A stretch of DNA of 64,000 nt from Kondoa subrosea (taxonomy: Eukaryota). Position 1 is the first letter of the stretch; each line of letters begins with the position of its first letter. A program made the translations under genes and the position numbers. The notes under the pieces were generated by a model. The model saw only the letters and a list, made by a program, of their open reading frames with translations, made no database searches and had not been told where the DNA came from. The stretch is from positions 1,596,604-1,660,603 of the forward strand of contig BCIN01000001.1 of NCBI GenBank assembly GCA_039545335.1. The letters are read 5' to 3'. This document shows, piece after piece, positions 62,577 to 64,000 of the stretch.

Positions 62577-63958
62577 ATGGCAAACCCTTATCCTGGATCC
62601 GGTTCTAATTCTCCTGCTCAATTCAACCCCACCAGTAACAATGAAGGGCCTCCTTCGCATGGCCACAGTCCATCCATGAGCATGAACAGCAATAACATGA
62701 ACGCTATGAACAATATGAATATGAATATGAATAGTATGAATAACGGTGACTATTCTATTCTCCACCAGCAAGCTTACCATGCTGATAAGCGGGTTTATTT
62801 CGCAGATCAACAACCTCCTATGTCTTCTTCGGGTGGTCAAATACGTCGAGGCGTTTGCAAGTTCTTCAATTCGCAGAAAGGGTTTGGTTTCGTTCTAGAC
62901 AACAAGGCTGAAGAGTTAGGCGGGCAAGAAGGTGCGCTATCTGATGTGACGCTATCGTCATTAGCCTACCACTCAGCCGATACACAGTCTTTGTGCATTT
63001 CACTTCTATTCAAAGCAAAAATGGGTTCCGAAGTTTGGCAGAAGTAAGTCTTTCTCGCGTCGAAGAGGATATTCTTACTTAGTGCATGCTTAGGGCGAGG
63101 AAGTAGAGTATGAAGTCACGACCGGACCTAAAGGCTTTCAAGCGGCGAATTTGACCGGTCCTGGAGGTCGAGCAGTAATGGGCGATCCGAAAGTAAATTC
63201 ATCCTTAGTAGACGATGACTGTGACTGATTTGAATGACTGCAGGGCTATATGAATGATAGACAGGGCCCGCATGGAGGCAAAGGACCATTCATGCAATTC
63301 GCTCAAATGATGCGTACGTTTAAGATGCATGGTTTGCTTTGCAGAAGCTGACCTGCGAGCCTTACGAACAGCTGGTCCTTACGGCATGGATCCCTATATT
63401 CAACAACATCCTGGAGCAATGTATGGCAATTCACCTTACACTTCTCATGTGCTCTATGTTCCAACCGGTATGCATCCTCAACAAGCTCAGCAATACGGCA
63501 TGATGACTTCACCACAAATGGGACAATTCTCGCCGCCAATGGGAGCAGGCAATGGCTATCAGAATGCTGGAGGCCGACCAGGTCAAGGAGGTCAAGGAAT
63601 GATGTCGCCTCAAACTGGCTTTGGAGTACCGCCGAATGGTTCATTTGGGCCTGTCGGGGGTATGGCTAGTACGAATGCTTTTGGACAACCTCAACAACAA
63701 CAAAACGCTTTCGGTAATGCTATGGGAAGTCCTTTGCAAAATAACGGTCAACGTGGATTTGGTGCATTCTCAGCTGCAGGAGCAGGAACTGGCTTAGGCT
63801 TAGGACAACAAGAGGATGGAGGAGCTCAGCAAACGAATTTCGGTTTCAATGGTTCAGCACCTCAATCTTCTTCTGCCATTCCGCAAGACGGAAACCCCTC
63901 AAGCAATAACAACAACGCATTCTTTGGTAGCAACTTACTTTATTCATCAGGCAATTAG
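62577..63958 (+). CDS. Cold-shock-domain RNA-binding protein with low-complexity N/M- and G/Q/N-rich regions
   Basis: GVCKFFNSQKGFGFV (RNP1), VFVHFTSI (RNP2), GFRSLAEGEEVEYEVTTGPKGFQAANLTGPGG. Confidence 0.93.
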
Positions 63959-64000
63959 AAAACGGTTCTAACAGGGACGAAGGGCGGAAGATATATACCT

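Overview
This is gene-dense, intron-rich fungal DNA. Introns are mostly 50-60 nt with CTRAY branch points, and micro-exons are common. Gene content suggests a basidiomycete, possibly Pucciniomycotina (inference). About 31 spliced protein-coding genes can be reconstructed by hand; coordinates are start-to-stop spans including introns, and some exon boundaries are approximate. Housekeeping genes include RecQ/Sgs1 (truncated at the window edge), ALG7, HOP2, a TRP-like channel, a GST, ARH1, RRP1, a RanBD1 protein, a GATA factor, a PH-domain protein, a lysine methyltransferase, RIB3, an ARO8-like aminotransferase, YggS/PLPBP and a cold-shock-domain protein. The most notable items are: (1) a secreted AA14-type LPMO with intact His-brace residues fused to four tandem discoidin-like domains; (2) a sugar kinase / GH45-CBM1 / expansin-like trio, the expansin gene having a 3-nt exon between two apparently duplicated introns; (3) a tandem double PAT-like GNAT gene, largely invisible in the ORF track, within a run of lineage-specific genes; (4) a KASH-like nuclear-envelope protein. 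No rRNA, tRNA, CRISPR array or transposon was recognised. Family assignments come from recalled motifs, not database searches.
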